From an uncultured Chthoniobacterales bacterium (GTDB taxonomy: Bacteria > Verrucomicrobiota > Verrucomicrobiia > Chthoniobacterales > Terrimicrobiaceae), in the NCBI GenBank assembly GCA_964467415.1, contig CAYXRX010000009.1, positions 72,763 through 136,762 on the forward strand: 64,000 nucleotides of DNA. The letters run 5' to 3'. How positions within the stretch are numbered: the first letter of the stretch is position 1; every line of letters starts with the position of its first letter. Under the pieces are notes generated by a model that was not told the origin of the DNA, did no database searches, and saw nothing but the letters and a program-made list of their open reading frames with translations. Shown here piece by piece: positions 56,141-64,000 of the stretch. A program made the translations under genes and the position numbers.

Positions 56141-58501
56141 TTAAACAGTTGGGAAGGTGAGCGCCAGGTCCTGGACGCGTTTCATTTCGGCCAGCGACAG
56201 AAGGAATGCCAGCGAGGACTCTGCCCCCTCGTTCTGGTTGACCCGGTCGACATGAAGTCCGTCCCGGCAGCCGCCGGTGCGGGGATTGTAAACCGGAATG
56301 CCGAGCTCGTTGGTGCCGAGGAACCAGTCGAAGGCGCGGCGGGCCTCGCTCAGCCAGAAGGCATCCTTGGTGACGCTGTAAGCCTCCAGGCAGGCGCTAA
56401 CCATGGCATGGGCCTCGACCGGCTGCTGGTCAAAATGCGCGGGGTCCCCTCCCCGTTTCCAGAACCCGTCAGATCCCACCGGCCGGAAGCAACCACCCGA
56501 CCCGGTCTGGTTTTTTGCGAGCCAGCGCAGGGTGTTGAGCCCGACCTCGAGCACGTCTCCCCGGCTGGTCCACTTGCCGCTCAGGATCAGCGCGTGCGGG
56601 ATCTTTGCGTTATCGTAGGTCACGATGTCTTCGAACCACATCCATTCCGGGGAGGACACGTCGCGGAAGAGCCCCATGAGGCGGTTGGTCAGTTCCTCGC
56701 GGAATTGATTGGCCATGCGGTCGCCGGAGAGCGTGCGCAGGTATTCCTGAACCCCCAGGATGGTGAATGCCCAGGCGCGGGGCGACGTGAAGCTCTCCAC
56801 GGCGGAAAGTCCGGCCTCGAAAATATTGGCCGCCCATCCGCGGAGATCCTCCCTCGGGGAGCGCCCGACGCAGGTGCCCAGCGCCCAAAGCGCGCGGCCG
56901 TGGCTGTCCTCCGAACCAACCTCCTCCAGCCATTCCCGGTTGAAGCCCATAAAATTCCGGAAGCGGCCGGTGTCGGCGTTGAAGGCGTGCTGGAGAAACG
57001 CCGCGTAGGCTCCCGTCATCGGGTATTGCTGGGGCGCCTTTTCGCCGAGCTCGCGCAGGAGCGTCATCAAAATCAGCGCGCGGGCATTGTCGTCGGTGCA
57101 ATAGCCATGGCTGAAATTCGGGACGGTGAAAATGGCGTGCTGGAACATCCCGACGTGGTCGGTCATCCGGAGAAGGTGATCGAACCTCCAGATCGGAAGC
57201 TCGCCCTCGCGCTGGCCGAGGGTGGCGATGTGGAAGGTCTTCCGGTTGGAGTTCACATCCTCCCGCCGTGCGCGGGAGAACGTCGCCGCGTAGAGGTGGG
57301 CGACGTTCGACCAGACCATGTCGCGCCCCATGAGGTAGGCGCTTTTCCGCATCGCGTGGCGCCGGGTCTCGTTCCCGAGCATCTCCTTCACGGCTTCGGC
57401 AATCGCGGCGGAATCCCGGAACGGCACAAGAATCCCGCGCCCGTCGGCCAGGAGTTCCCGCGCATGCCAGTAGGGGGTCGAGATGATCGCCTTCCCCGCG
57501 CCGAAGCTGTAGGCGAGGGTTCCGCTGGTGATCTGCGCCTCGTCCAGATACGGCGTGATGTAGATGTCGGCCGCACCGATGAATTCCATCAGCTCGGAGA
57601 TCCCGACAAACCGGTTAAAGAAGATCACGTTTTTGTCGACGCCGTTTTTCTTGGCCAGCCGCTCGAGCGAGAGGCGATAGGTTTCCCCCTGGTCGCGGAT
57701 CAGGCTCGGGTGCGTGGCACCGAGCACAATGTAGACGACATCGGGAAACTCCGAGATGATCGCGGGCAGGGCGTTGAGCACGTTTTCGATTCCCTTGTTC
57801 GGAGACAGCAGGCCGAAGGTCAGCAGGACCCGCTTTCCTTCGACACCGAACTGGTCCTTGAAGAAACTCGGATCCGTAAACGGAACATCGGGAATCCCGT
57901 GCGGGATGATGTCGATCTTTTCCTCGGGCACCCCGTAAATCTGCCGCAGAAACTCGGCGCCCTGACCGGCCATGACGACCAGTCGCGAAGAGAGCGACAG
58001 GATTTCCTCGAAGATGCGTTTCTGTTCCCGCGACGGCTTCTGGAGCACCGTGTGCAGAGTTGTCACCACCGGCATGCGAACCGCCTGCAGGAGCCCGAGC
58101 ACATGCCCGCCGGAGACCCCTCCGTAAATGCCGAACTCATGCTGAACGCTGAGCACGTCGATGTTGCTCAGATTCAGAAAGTCCGCCGCCCGCTGGTAGG
58201 CTCCGGCTTCCTGCTCGGAGATTTCAAACCGCACCTCCGGCGGGTATTCGTAGCCTTCGTCCCTGTCGTTCACCACCACGACAGGACATTCGAGCCGGGA
58301 ATACAGGGAGCTGATTGCATTCCGCAGGTCCGAGGTGAAGGTGGCGATGCCGCACTGGCGGGGAAGGTAGTCGCCGAGAAATGCGACTTTCCTGAGTTGG
58401 GATGGGGATTCCGGATGGTTTGTGAAAAACCGGTCGGCCCTTCCGGGCTCCTGCTTTTTCCCATTTTCCATGCTGGATTGTGCTGTCATACGTTTTTTCA
58501 T
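56141..58501 (-). CDS. GT4-family glycosyltransferase fused to a C-terminal ~400-aa glycoside-hydrolase-like (probable six-hairpin) domain
   Basis: 786 aa. The N-terminal ~400 aa is a GT4 (Glycos_transf_1) fold (VAFLGDYLPRQCGIATFTSDL, KRVLLTFGLLSPNKGIE, EAQITSGTLAYSFGAGKAIISTP). The C-terminal half (HAIFTVPNFSHGYCTDDNARALILM...ALWALGT...) is helical and rich in W/D/E, like (alpha/alpha)6 glycosidases. The exact family is unresolved. Confidence 0.75.
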   Translation of the reverse strand: MKKRMTAQSSMENGKKQEPGRADRFFTNHPESPSQLRKVAFLGDYLPRQCGIATFTSDLRNAISSLYSRLECPVVVVNDRDEGYEYPPEVRFEISEQEAGAYQRAADFLNLSNIDVLSVQHEFGIYGGVSGGHVLGLLQAVRMPVVTTLHTVLQKPSREQKRIFEEILSLSSRLVVMAGQGAEFLRQIYGVPEEKIDIIPHGIPDVPFTDPSFFKDQFGVEGKRVLLTFGLLSPNKGIENVLNALPAIISEFPDVVYIVLGATHPSLIRDQGETYRLSLERLAKKNGVDKNVIFFNRFVGISELMEFIGAADIYITPYLDEAQITSGTLAYSFGAGKAIISTPYWHARELLADGRGILVPFRDSAAIAEAVKEMLGNETRRHAMRKSAYLMGRDMVWSNVAHLYAATFSRARREDVNSNRKTFHIATLGQREGELPIWRFDHLLRMTDHVGMFQHAIFTVPNFSHGYCTDDNARALILMTLLRELGEKAPQQYPMTGAYAAFLQHAFNADTGRFRNFMGFNREWLEEVGSEDSHGRALWALGTCVGRSPREDLRGWAANIFEAGLSAVESFTSPRAWAFTILGVQEYLRTLSGDRMANQFREELTNRLMGLFRDVSSPEWMWFEDIVTYDNAKIPHALILSGKWTSRGDVLEVGLNTLRWLAKNQTGSGGCFRPVGSDGFWKRGGDPAHFDQQPVEAHAMVSACLEAYSVTKDAFWLSEARRAFDWFLGTNELGIPVYNPRTGGCRDGLHVDRVNQNEGAESSLAFLLSLAEMKRVQDLALTFPTV

Positions 58502-58821
58502 TGGGAATGGGAGCCCGCGAAAAGTGACCGCGGAGAATCACTATACCCCCTTCACTTGATTCCGCTACAACGGTTTTCAAATTCCTCATCCATCAAGACT
58601 TGTGACAAAAAATAAAAAGTTTGAACTCCTTAAAAAACAGCGTCGGAATGGCGTTGAAATGACTGTCTCTGCCAGGCAGTTTTGAAAGTCATTCCCGGGC
58701 GGGTTTTCCCCATAGAAATCATCGCCGGACCGGCTGATTCGGCCCCACCGTCTTGTCCTCCACGCGATCTGGTTGGAAGATTTCGCATGAAAAATTCTCT
58801 CGATCCTGTAAGCCTTGGCGA

Positions 58822-61188
58822 ATGCCTCCCTCCATTGTTGAATTCCTCCATCAAAACCTCGGCTTCGCCTTGTCAAACCTGGGAATCGTCCTCCTCGCCC
58901 TTGTCGTCCTCGCGCTGTTTCTAAATGCCGTCACCATCGCCAAGGGCGATGAGATCATCACTCTGGAGCGGAAATTTTTCGGGCGGCCGATGCCCGACGG
59001 GCGGACCGTGGCGCTGAGGAACGAGGTGGGCGTGCAGGCGCGGGTGCTTGGGCCGGGATTCCATCTGCTGCCTCCGCTTCTCTATAAGACGTCGAAGCGG
59101 AAGTTCCTGGTCATCCCGCCGAACAAGGTCGGCGTCGTCCGCGCGATCACCGGAGCACCAATCCCCTCGGGCAATTTCATGGCGAAGAGCGTCGAGTGCG
59201 ACCTCTTTCAGGACGGCGAGGCCTTCCTGCGAAACGGAGGGGAAAAGGGCCCTCAGCTCGACATCCTCCCGGAAGGCCAATACCGCATTAATCCCCTGCT
59301 CTTTGAGGTGGCCATCGTCGACGCCATCATGATCGCGGACGACCAGGTCGGCTACGTCGAAGCCATCGCCGGCAAGGCCGTCTCGCGCGACGGCGGCAAC
59401 TTCGGATCCCCCGTGGAGTGCGACTGCTTTCAGAACGCCAACGCCTTCATCAAAAATGGCGGACAGAAAGGCCCGCAGGTTTTCTTCCTTGTGCCGGGCT
59501 TCTACCGGATCAACACCATCCTTTTCAAAGTCGAGAAATATCCGGTTACCGAGATCATGGGCGGGCAGATCGGCCTCGTCGAAGCGACCGACGGTGCGCG
59601 CATCCCAGAAGGCCGCCTGCTCGCGCTCAAGGTGGAAGGACATAACAATTTCTTCGACGGGGAAGCGTTCATCAAAAACGGCGGCGAGAAAGGCCGCCAG
59701 CTCGACGTCCTTATGCCTGGACGCTACCGCATCAATCCCGCTCTCTTCAAGGTCATCAGCGTCGTGGACTGGGCGCATGTGGACGCCGACGAGGTGGGCA
59801 TCGTGACGATTCTCGAAGGCAGGCCAATCGTCGATTCCTCACACATCGCGGCAGATGAGCTGCCGCTCGGCACGCACAACAACTTCCAGGACCCCGCCGC
59901 CTTCCTCGCCGCTGGCGGTCAAAAAGGCCTCCAGATCCCGGTCCTCCGCGCGGGGAATTACGCGATCAATCCCTGGTTTGCCTCGGTGGAAAAAGTGCCC
60001 ATGATCCGTGTGGATATCGGCTACTGCGGCGTGGTGACCAGCTACGTGGGACCGGAGGGCGCCGACCTCACCGACGATGCGGTGAATGCCAAGATCGTCG
60101 CCAACGGCAACAAGGGCATCTGGGCCGACCCGCTCCAGCCCGGCAAGCACCCGCTCAACACCAAAATCCTCAAGGTGGACATCGTGCCGACCACCCAGAT
60201 CCTCCTGAACTGGGCGGACAGCCGGTCCAGCTCGCACGAGCTCGACTCGAACCTGAAGACCATCACCCTGCGCACGGCCGACGCCTTCAACGTCAATATG
60301 GACGTGAGCGTGATCATCCACATCCCGATGAAGAACGCCCCGAAGGTGATCGCCAACCTCGGGTCAGTGAAGAACATGATCTCGCAGGTGCTGGAGCCGG
60401 CCATCAGCTCGCACTTCCGCAATGCGGCCCAATACATCAAGGCCCTCGACCTCTACACCGAGCGCAAGGAGCTTCAGGAAAAAGCGAAGGAACATATCGA
60501 CAGCGTCCTCAAGGTCCACCACATCGACTCGAAGGACACGCTCATCGCCGATGTCGTCCTGCCCGCGGAGCTCACCAAGACCGTCACCAACCGTCAAATT
60601 GCCGAACAGGAAAAGAAAACCTTCGCCACACAGAAGGAAGCCCAGGACGAACGGCGCGCGCTGGAAAATGCGACCGCGCAGGCGGCCATGCAGCCGAAAG
60701 TTGTGGAGTCGGAACGCAACGTCGAGATCCAGAAAAACATCGCCGAGGGCAAGGTGAAGGAGGCCGAGGGATCGAAGGGCGCCGCCATTCTCCAAGCCTC
60801 GGGCGAGGCCGAAGCGATCAAGCTCCGGGCGAACGCGCAGGCCGAGGCCACAAAGGTTACCGCCACAGCCCAGGCGGAGGCCACGTCCAAACTCGGCAAC
60901 GCCGAAGCCGAGGTCATCCTCTCGAAAGGTCGCTCGACGGCCGAAGCGTACCGGCTCGAAGTCGATGCCATGGGCAAGGACGTCTTCGGGCAGATCCGCG
61001 TCGTGGAAAAAATTGCCTCCAGCTCGCTGAAGCTCATCCCCGAGAACCTCGTCATCGGAGGAGGCGGCGGCGCCGGCGACACCAACGGCCTCATGAACGG
61101 CTTTTTCGGCATCAGCCTCCTCGAGAAGCTCAGCGGGCGCAGCTTCGAGGTCACCTCCGGCGACAAATCCACCGGAAAGAAAGCCTGA
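58822..61188 (+). CDS. Flotillin/YqiK-like SPFH (band 7) membrane protein with five tandem N-terminal SPFH-subdomain repeats
   Basis: ATG at 58822 (the ORF starts at TTG 58753). There is a TM helix (LGFALSNLGIVLLALVVLALFL). Five ~75-aa repeats follow. Then comes the SPFH core (VDIGYCGVVTSYVGPEG...) and a long Ala/Glu-rich coiled-coil flotillin tail (AEGKVKEAEGSKGAAILQASGEAEAIKLRANAQAEA). Confidence 0.8.
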   Translation: MPPSIVEFLHQNLGFALSNLGIVLLALVVLALFLNAVTIAKGDEIITLERKFFGRPMPDGRTVALRNEVGVQARVLGPGFHLLPPLLYKTSKRKFLVIPPNKVGVVRAITGAPIPSGNFMAKSVECDLFQDGEAFLRNGGEKGPQLDILPEGQYRINPLLFEVAIVDAIMIADDQVGYVEAIAGKAVSRDGGNFGSPVECDCFQNANAFIKNGGQKGPQVFFLVPGFYRINTILFKVEKYPVTEIMGGQIGLVEATDGARIPEGRLLALKVEGHNNFFDGEAFIKNGGEKGRQLDVLMPGRYRINPALFKVISVVDWAHVDADEVGIVTILEGRPIVDSSHIAADELPLGTHNNFQDPAAFLAAGGQKGLQIPVLRAGNYAINPWFASVEKVPMIRVDIGYCGVVTSYVGPEGADLTDDAVNAKIVANGNKGIWADPLQPGKHPLNTKILKVDIVPTTQILLNWADSRSSSHELDSNLKTITLRTADAFNVNMDVSVIIHIPMKNAPKVIANLGSVKNMISQVLEPAISSHFRNAAQYIKALDLYTERKELQEKAKEHIDSVLKVHHIDSKDTLIADVVLPAELTKTVTNRQIAEQEKKTFATQKEAQDERRALENATAQAAMQPKVVESERNVEIQKNIAEGKVKEAEGSKGAAILQASGEAEAIKLRANAQAEATKVTATAQAEATSKLGNAEAEVILSKGRSTAEAYRLEVDAMGKDVFGQIRVVEKIASSSLKLIPENLVIGGGGGAGDTNGLMNGFFGISLLEKLSGRSFEVTSGDKSTGKKA
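58975..60010 (+). repeat. In-frame tandem coding repeats (5 x ~219-233 nt) inside the SPFH gene
   Basis: The repeat consensus is FxxGGxKGxQ-x2-(I/V)LxxGxYxINPxLFxV-x6-(I/V)...VGxVE. GGxKG anchors sit near 59237, 59456, 59678 and 59911, and a degenerate copy is near 59044. Confidence 0.7.
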
Positions 61189-61192
61189 TCGC

Positions 61193-62362
61193 TCAGCGCG
61201 GGGATTCCTGCAGAATTTTTTCCAGGAACGCGCGGGCGGCAGCCGGATCTTCCGCGTCGATGACGCCGCCGAGCTCGCCGCCGCGCTGGTAGACGAGCCG
61301 CCACTTGCCGAAATTCTGCGCCTGAAAAACCTTGGCACCCGCGATATCCGGGAGAGCCTCCGCCTTCCCGCCATACCGTCCGCTGAATGCCAGAAAAGAA
61401 TCCCAAGCCTTGGCTGCCGCCTCCGGAGTTGTGACCATCAGGAAAAACCGGATCTTCTTCCCCTCGTGGTCATAGGTCGCCTGGAAGACCTCCTTTAGGA
61501 AGTCCTGGCCGAGCGCGTTGTCCTCCGTGTATTCGAAGCTTCCAGGCACCAAGCCCTCCGATGGCAGGCGTTTTCTTGCTCCGAGCCCGGCATCATCCAC
61601 CGGGATCGACTTCGCCACCCCCTCAGCCAGCGAGCGGGCGAGCGCGAGCGTCGCCGGCTTTTGGTCGGAGGCAATGACCTGCACGTAGCGGTTTCCCTGC
61701 CGGAAAAAGAAGCCCATGTCGCCCGCATATCCATCCGGCGCAAAATCCAGCGGCTTGCCGGCCGGATCCCTCTCAAGCGCGAAGATCCCGAACGCATTGA
61801 CCGGCGAATCCATTCGGTATTCGTAGAGGTCGACGTAGCTTCCAGCGCTGTCCGGCACGGTGAACGAGCGGCAGCGGAGCTGCTGAACACGGAAATCCAG
61901 GTAGGCCGGTGCCCGGCCGTTGATCTTCTCGTAAAGCGTGTCGGGCGAGTAAAATTCCGTCGGCCCCATGGGAGTTGCACCGGGGATCTCCAGCGGTTCG
62001 CCGCTTGTGGCGGCGGCCGGAGCCGGAGTCGCAGCCGCCTCCTCGTATCCGTCCGGGGCACCGGCCGCCATGCCCGAGGGTTCGGCTGCCCGTGCCACGG
62101 CGGGTCCAGCCGTCGGGGCGGATGTCCGGAGCGTTCCCGATTTGCCCTCGACCGTTCCTTCCGTCGACTTCAACGACTCCAGCTTGACGCTGTAAAGGGC
62201 GGGATCAAACGTCCGTCCCGCGACCCACACGGCCGCGCCAATCCCTCCGAGCAGGCCCATGATCGCGAGGCTGATCGCCCGCTCGGTCGCCGGAATCTTT
62301 GTGCGCTTGAATGCCTTTCTGTCCGGATGGGAACGGGCGGGGGTCGCTTGCGGTCCGGTCAT
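61193..62362 (-). CDS. Hypothetical membrane-anchored protein (N-terminal TM, Ala/Pro-rich linker, ~250-aa C-terminal domain of unknown family)
   Basis: ATG at 62362 (MTGPQATPARSHPDRKAFKRTKIPATERAISLAIMGLLGGIGAAVWVAG). It is 9 nt downstream of the Tat-AKR gene and convergent with the SPFH gene. Confidence 0.5.
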   Translation of the reverse strand: MTGPQATPARSHPDRKAFKRTKIPATERAISLAIMGLLGGIGAAVWVAGRTFDPALYSVKLESLKSTEGTVEGKSGTLRTSAPTAGPAVARAAEPSGMAAGAPDGYEEAAATPAPAAATSGEPLEIPGATPMGPTEFYSPDTLYEKINGRAPAYLDFRVQQLRCRSFTVPDSAGSYVDLYEYRMDSPVNAFGIFALERDPAGKPLDFAPDGYAGDMGFFFRQGNRYVQVIASDQKPATLALARSLAEGVAKSIPVDDAGLGARKRLPSEGLVPGSFEYTEDNALGQDFLKEVFQATYDHEGKKIRFFLMVTTPEAAAKAWDSFLAFSGRYGGKAEALPDIAGAKVFQAQNFGKWRLVYQRGGELGGVIDAEDPAAARAFLEKILQESPR

Positions 62363-62377
62363 TTGCACCCGGTGCGA

Positions 62378-63604
62378 TCAGGCAAAGTAGCGGTCGGCAC
62401 GCCGGATGATTTCCGGATAGTCGGTCCCGAAAGAGCAGCCGTCCCGCAGGGCGGCAAGATCGACCTGCGAGGCATCGCGGTCGGATGCGGAGAGCGCCTG
62501 GTAAAGATCCCTGGAGCCGAGCCGGCCGTCCTGCTCGTAGTAGGTTACATAGCGCGAGATATCCAGGAATGCGAACCCGGTGGAGGCCGCGAAGGCATCG
62601 CAGGACGGACACCCGGGACACATCGTCCGCCGGTGCGCCAGCACGGTCTGCTTCAGGACCTCCATGTCTGCCAGCTTGAGCGGGCCCTTGAAATCGCGGG
62701 CGGCGGCGGTGTTGCTCTCCATCTGGCCGACGTTGTTGATCATCGAGCAGACGGCAGCCATCCGGGGATCGCTGTAGACAGCCTGGAGGAGAGCCTGGTG
62801 GGTCGTGAGCCCCAGCTTGTCAAATTCCGGAATCCTCGCGGGAACCTCACCCGCGCTCCGCATCGTCTTCATCGCAACGAGCCCGATCCCCGCGCCATGG
62901 CAGGCATTGAGCGCCTGGTCAAAGTTGTCCCCTGGCTTGAAAAACGGCGTGTATTTCAGCATGATCGCATCCACGATTTTTCCCGAAGCGGCGGCATTGA
63001 GATACTCGACCAGCTTCCCGTCGTGGCAGGAAAACCCGACCATCTTCGCCTTGCCCGAGCTCTTCAGCTTGTCTGCGACCTTTTTCAAAACGTCGCTCTT
63101 CGGCCATTCGAGCGAGCCCTCGCCATATTCCTTCGCACCGATCCCGTGGATGAGAAACAGATCGAGGTAATCGGTCCCGCAGGCCGCGAGCCGTCGGTCG
63201 ATCATCTCGAGAAGCTGCTCCGGCCCCTGCTTGGGGTGGTCCTTCGACACCAGGAAGATCTCCTTGCGGCGCTCGGGGTATTTCGCCAGCCACTCGCCGA
63301 TGATCTTCTCTGACTTTCCGCCAAGATAGCAGTCGGCCGTGTCAAAATAGCGGATGCCCATCGACCAGGCGATGTCCAGATAATCCGGGCTCAGCGCCGC
63401 CATCATCCCGCCCAGGCTGATCATCGTGACCTCGGGTCCGTTTTTCCCTAGCTTGCGCCTGGGAAGCACCCCGCCGGCTCCGCCGGTGTTCTGGGCGGGC
63501 GCAGGTGTCTGCGCCTGCAGGGCCTGACCGAATGTCATCGCGACTGGAACGGCCAGAGCGGATTTGAGGAAATGGCGACGGGATGTTTGCGGGTCGGAAC
63601 TCAT
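62378..63604 (-). CDS. Twin-arginine (Tat) signal-bearing aldo/keto reductase with C-terminal CxxCxxC motif
   Basis: ATG at 63604 (MSSDPQTSRRHFLKSALAVPVAMTFGQALQA). The AKR catalytic residues are present (FDTADCY, VSKD, LFLIHGI). The C-terminal motif is MCPGCPSCDAF. The longer ORF upstream of 63604 is antisense to tRNA-Ser and is rejected. Confidence 0.75.
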   Translation of the reverse strand: MSSDPQTSRRHFLKSALAVPVAMTFGQALQAQTPAPAQNTGGAGGVLPRRKLGKNGPEVTMISLGGMMAALSPDYLDIAWSMGIRYFDTADCYLGGKSEKIIGEWLAKYPERRKEIFLVSKDHPKQGPEQLLEMIDRRLAACGTDYLDLFLIHGIGAKEYGEGSLEWPKSDVLKKVADKLKSSGKAKMVGFSCHDGKLVEYLNAAASGKIVDAIMLKYTPFFKPGDNFDQALNACHGAGIGLVAMKTMRSAGEVPARIPEFDKLGLTTHQALLQAVYSDPRMAAVCSMINNVGQMESNTAAARDFKGPLKLADMEVLKQTVLAHRRTMCPGCPSCDAFAASTGFAFLDISRYVTYYEQDGRLGSRDLYQALSASDRDASQVDLAALRDGCSFGTDYPEIIRRADRYFA

Positions 63605-63816
63605 GGTGGATGGTCTTCGTTGGAAAAGTTTATTCGGCGCCCCAACCGTGCGGTTTCCGCACCCGTCCGAGCGCTCCCCCTGCAACGCAGAATGAATCAC
63701 ACTCCTGCACCGCCCACAAGCCGGAATGTGGGATCGCAATGAGCGCCTGCCCACCCGCCGCGCAAAATATCGCATGCACAACGCCCCCGCCTCTGCTAAC
63801 ACTCTCCCGCGGCCAT

Positions 63817-63904
63817 GGAGGGGTGGCAGAGTGGTCGATCGCGCCGGTCTTGAAAACCGGAGAGCCGCAAGGCTCCGTGGGTTCGAATCCCACCCCCTCC
63901 GCCA
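63817..63904 (+). tRNA. tRNA-Ser (anticodon UGA), CCA-encoded
   Basis: GGAGGGGTGGCAGAGTGGTCGATCGCGCCGGTCTTGAAAACCGGAGAGCCGCAAGGCTCCGTGGGTTCGAATCCCACCCCCTCCGCCA. The anticodon loop is CTTGAAA. A long variable arm is present. The 7-bp acceptor stem is followed by a discriminator G and CCA. Confidence 0.85.
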
Positions 63905-64000
63905 ATACAATTTGCGAAGCAACATTCCCCCGGTGGGATGAGAACGGGCTCTCCGCCAAAAAGTGGGGATGAGGTCATTTGTTGATGTTTTTGATTAACC

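Noticed and set aside
63605-63978. N-terminal extension of the Tat-AKR ORF, and small minus ORFs 63630-63959 / 63796-63978
   Set aside because: They are translations of the antisense strand of tRNA-Ser (GWDSNPRSLAALRF...). The real AKR start is the ATG at 63604 preceding the RR leader.

Overview
This 64-kb window is a high-GC (~64%), densely coding bacterial chromosomal segment. I call about 50 CDS and 2 tRNAs. I found no rRNA, no CRISPR array, and no transposase, integrase or phage genes.

Gene content is mostly core housekeeping. The main block runs on the minus strand: rplA-rplJ-rplL-rpoB-rpoC followed, without a break, by rpsB-tsf-prfB. prfB carries the classical +1 programmed frameshift site, which is visible in the sequence. 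rpoZ and smpB are transcribed divergently from rplA. Other housekeeping genes are mfd, pyk, gnd, tal, glk, nadB, panC, ribD, secG, yacG, a CimA-type synthase and pssA-psd.

Accessory and envelope genes are also present:
- An NPCBM-containing alpha-galactosidase and a GH5 enzyme.
- A GH130-like protein forming an apparent operon with a GT4 glycosyltransferase fused to a glycosidase-like C-terminal domain.
- A Cu P-type ATPase with an unusual Cys-rich N-terminus.
- Two aldo/keto reductases, one with a twin-arginine (Tat) signal.
- A hybrid PAS sensor kinase directly preceded by an LTXXQ (CpxP/Spy-like) periplasmic protein.
- An orphan sigma-54 activator and an orphan GspF-like platform protein.
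- A LysM / L,D-transpeptidase-like protein lacking the catalytic Cys.
- A flotillin-like protein carrying five tandem copies of the N-terminal SPFH subdomain.

Many adjacent genes overlap by ATGA or 4 nt, which suggests translational coupling.

The glycoside-hydrolase content and gene order hint at a PVC-group (Verrucomicrobia-like) heterotroph, but that is inference only. The most promising candidates for undescribed biology are the GT4-fusion/GH130 pair (54655-58501) and the multi-repeat SPFH protein (58822-61188).

All coordinates and translations were read by hand from the sequence and the ORF track. No database search was run.
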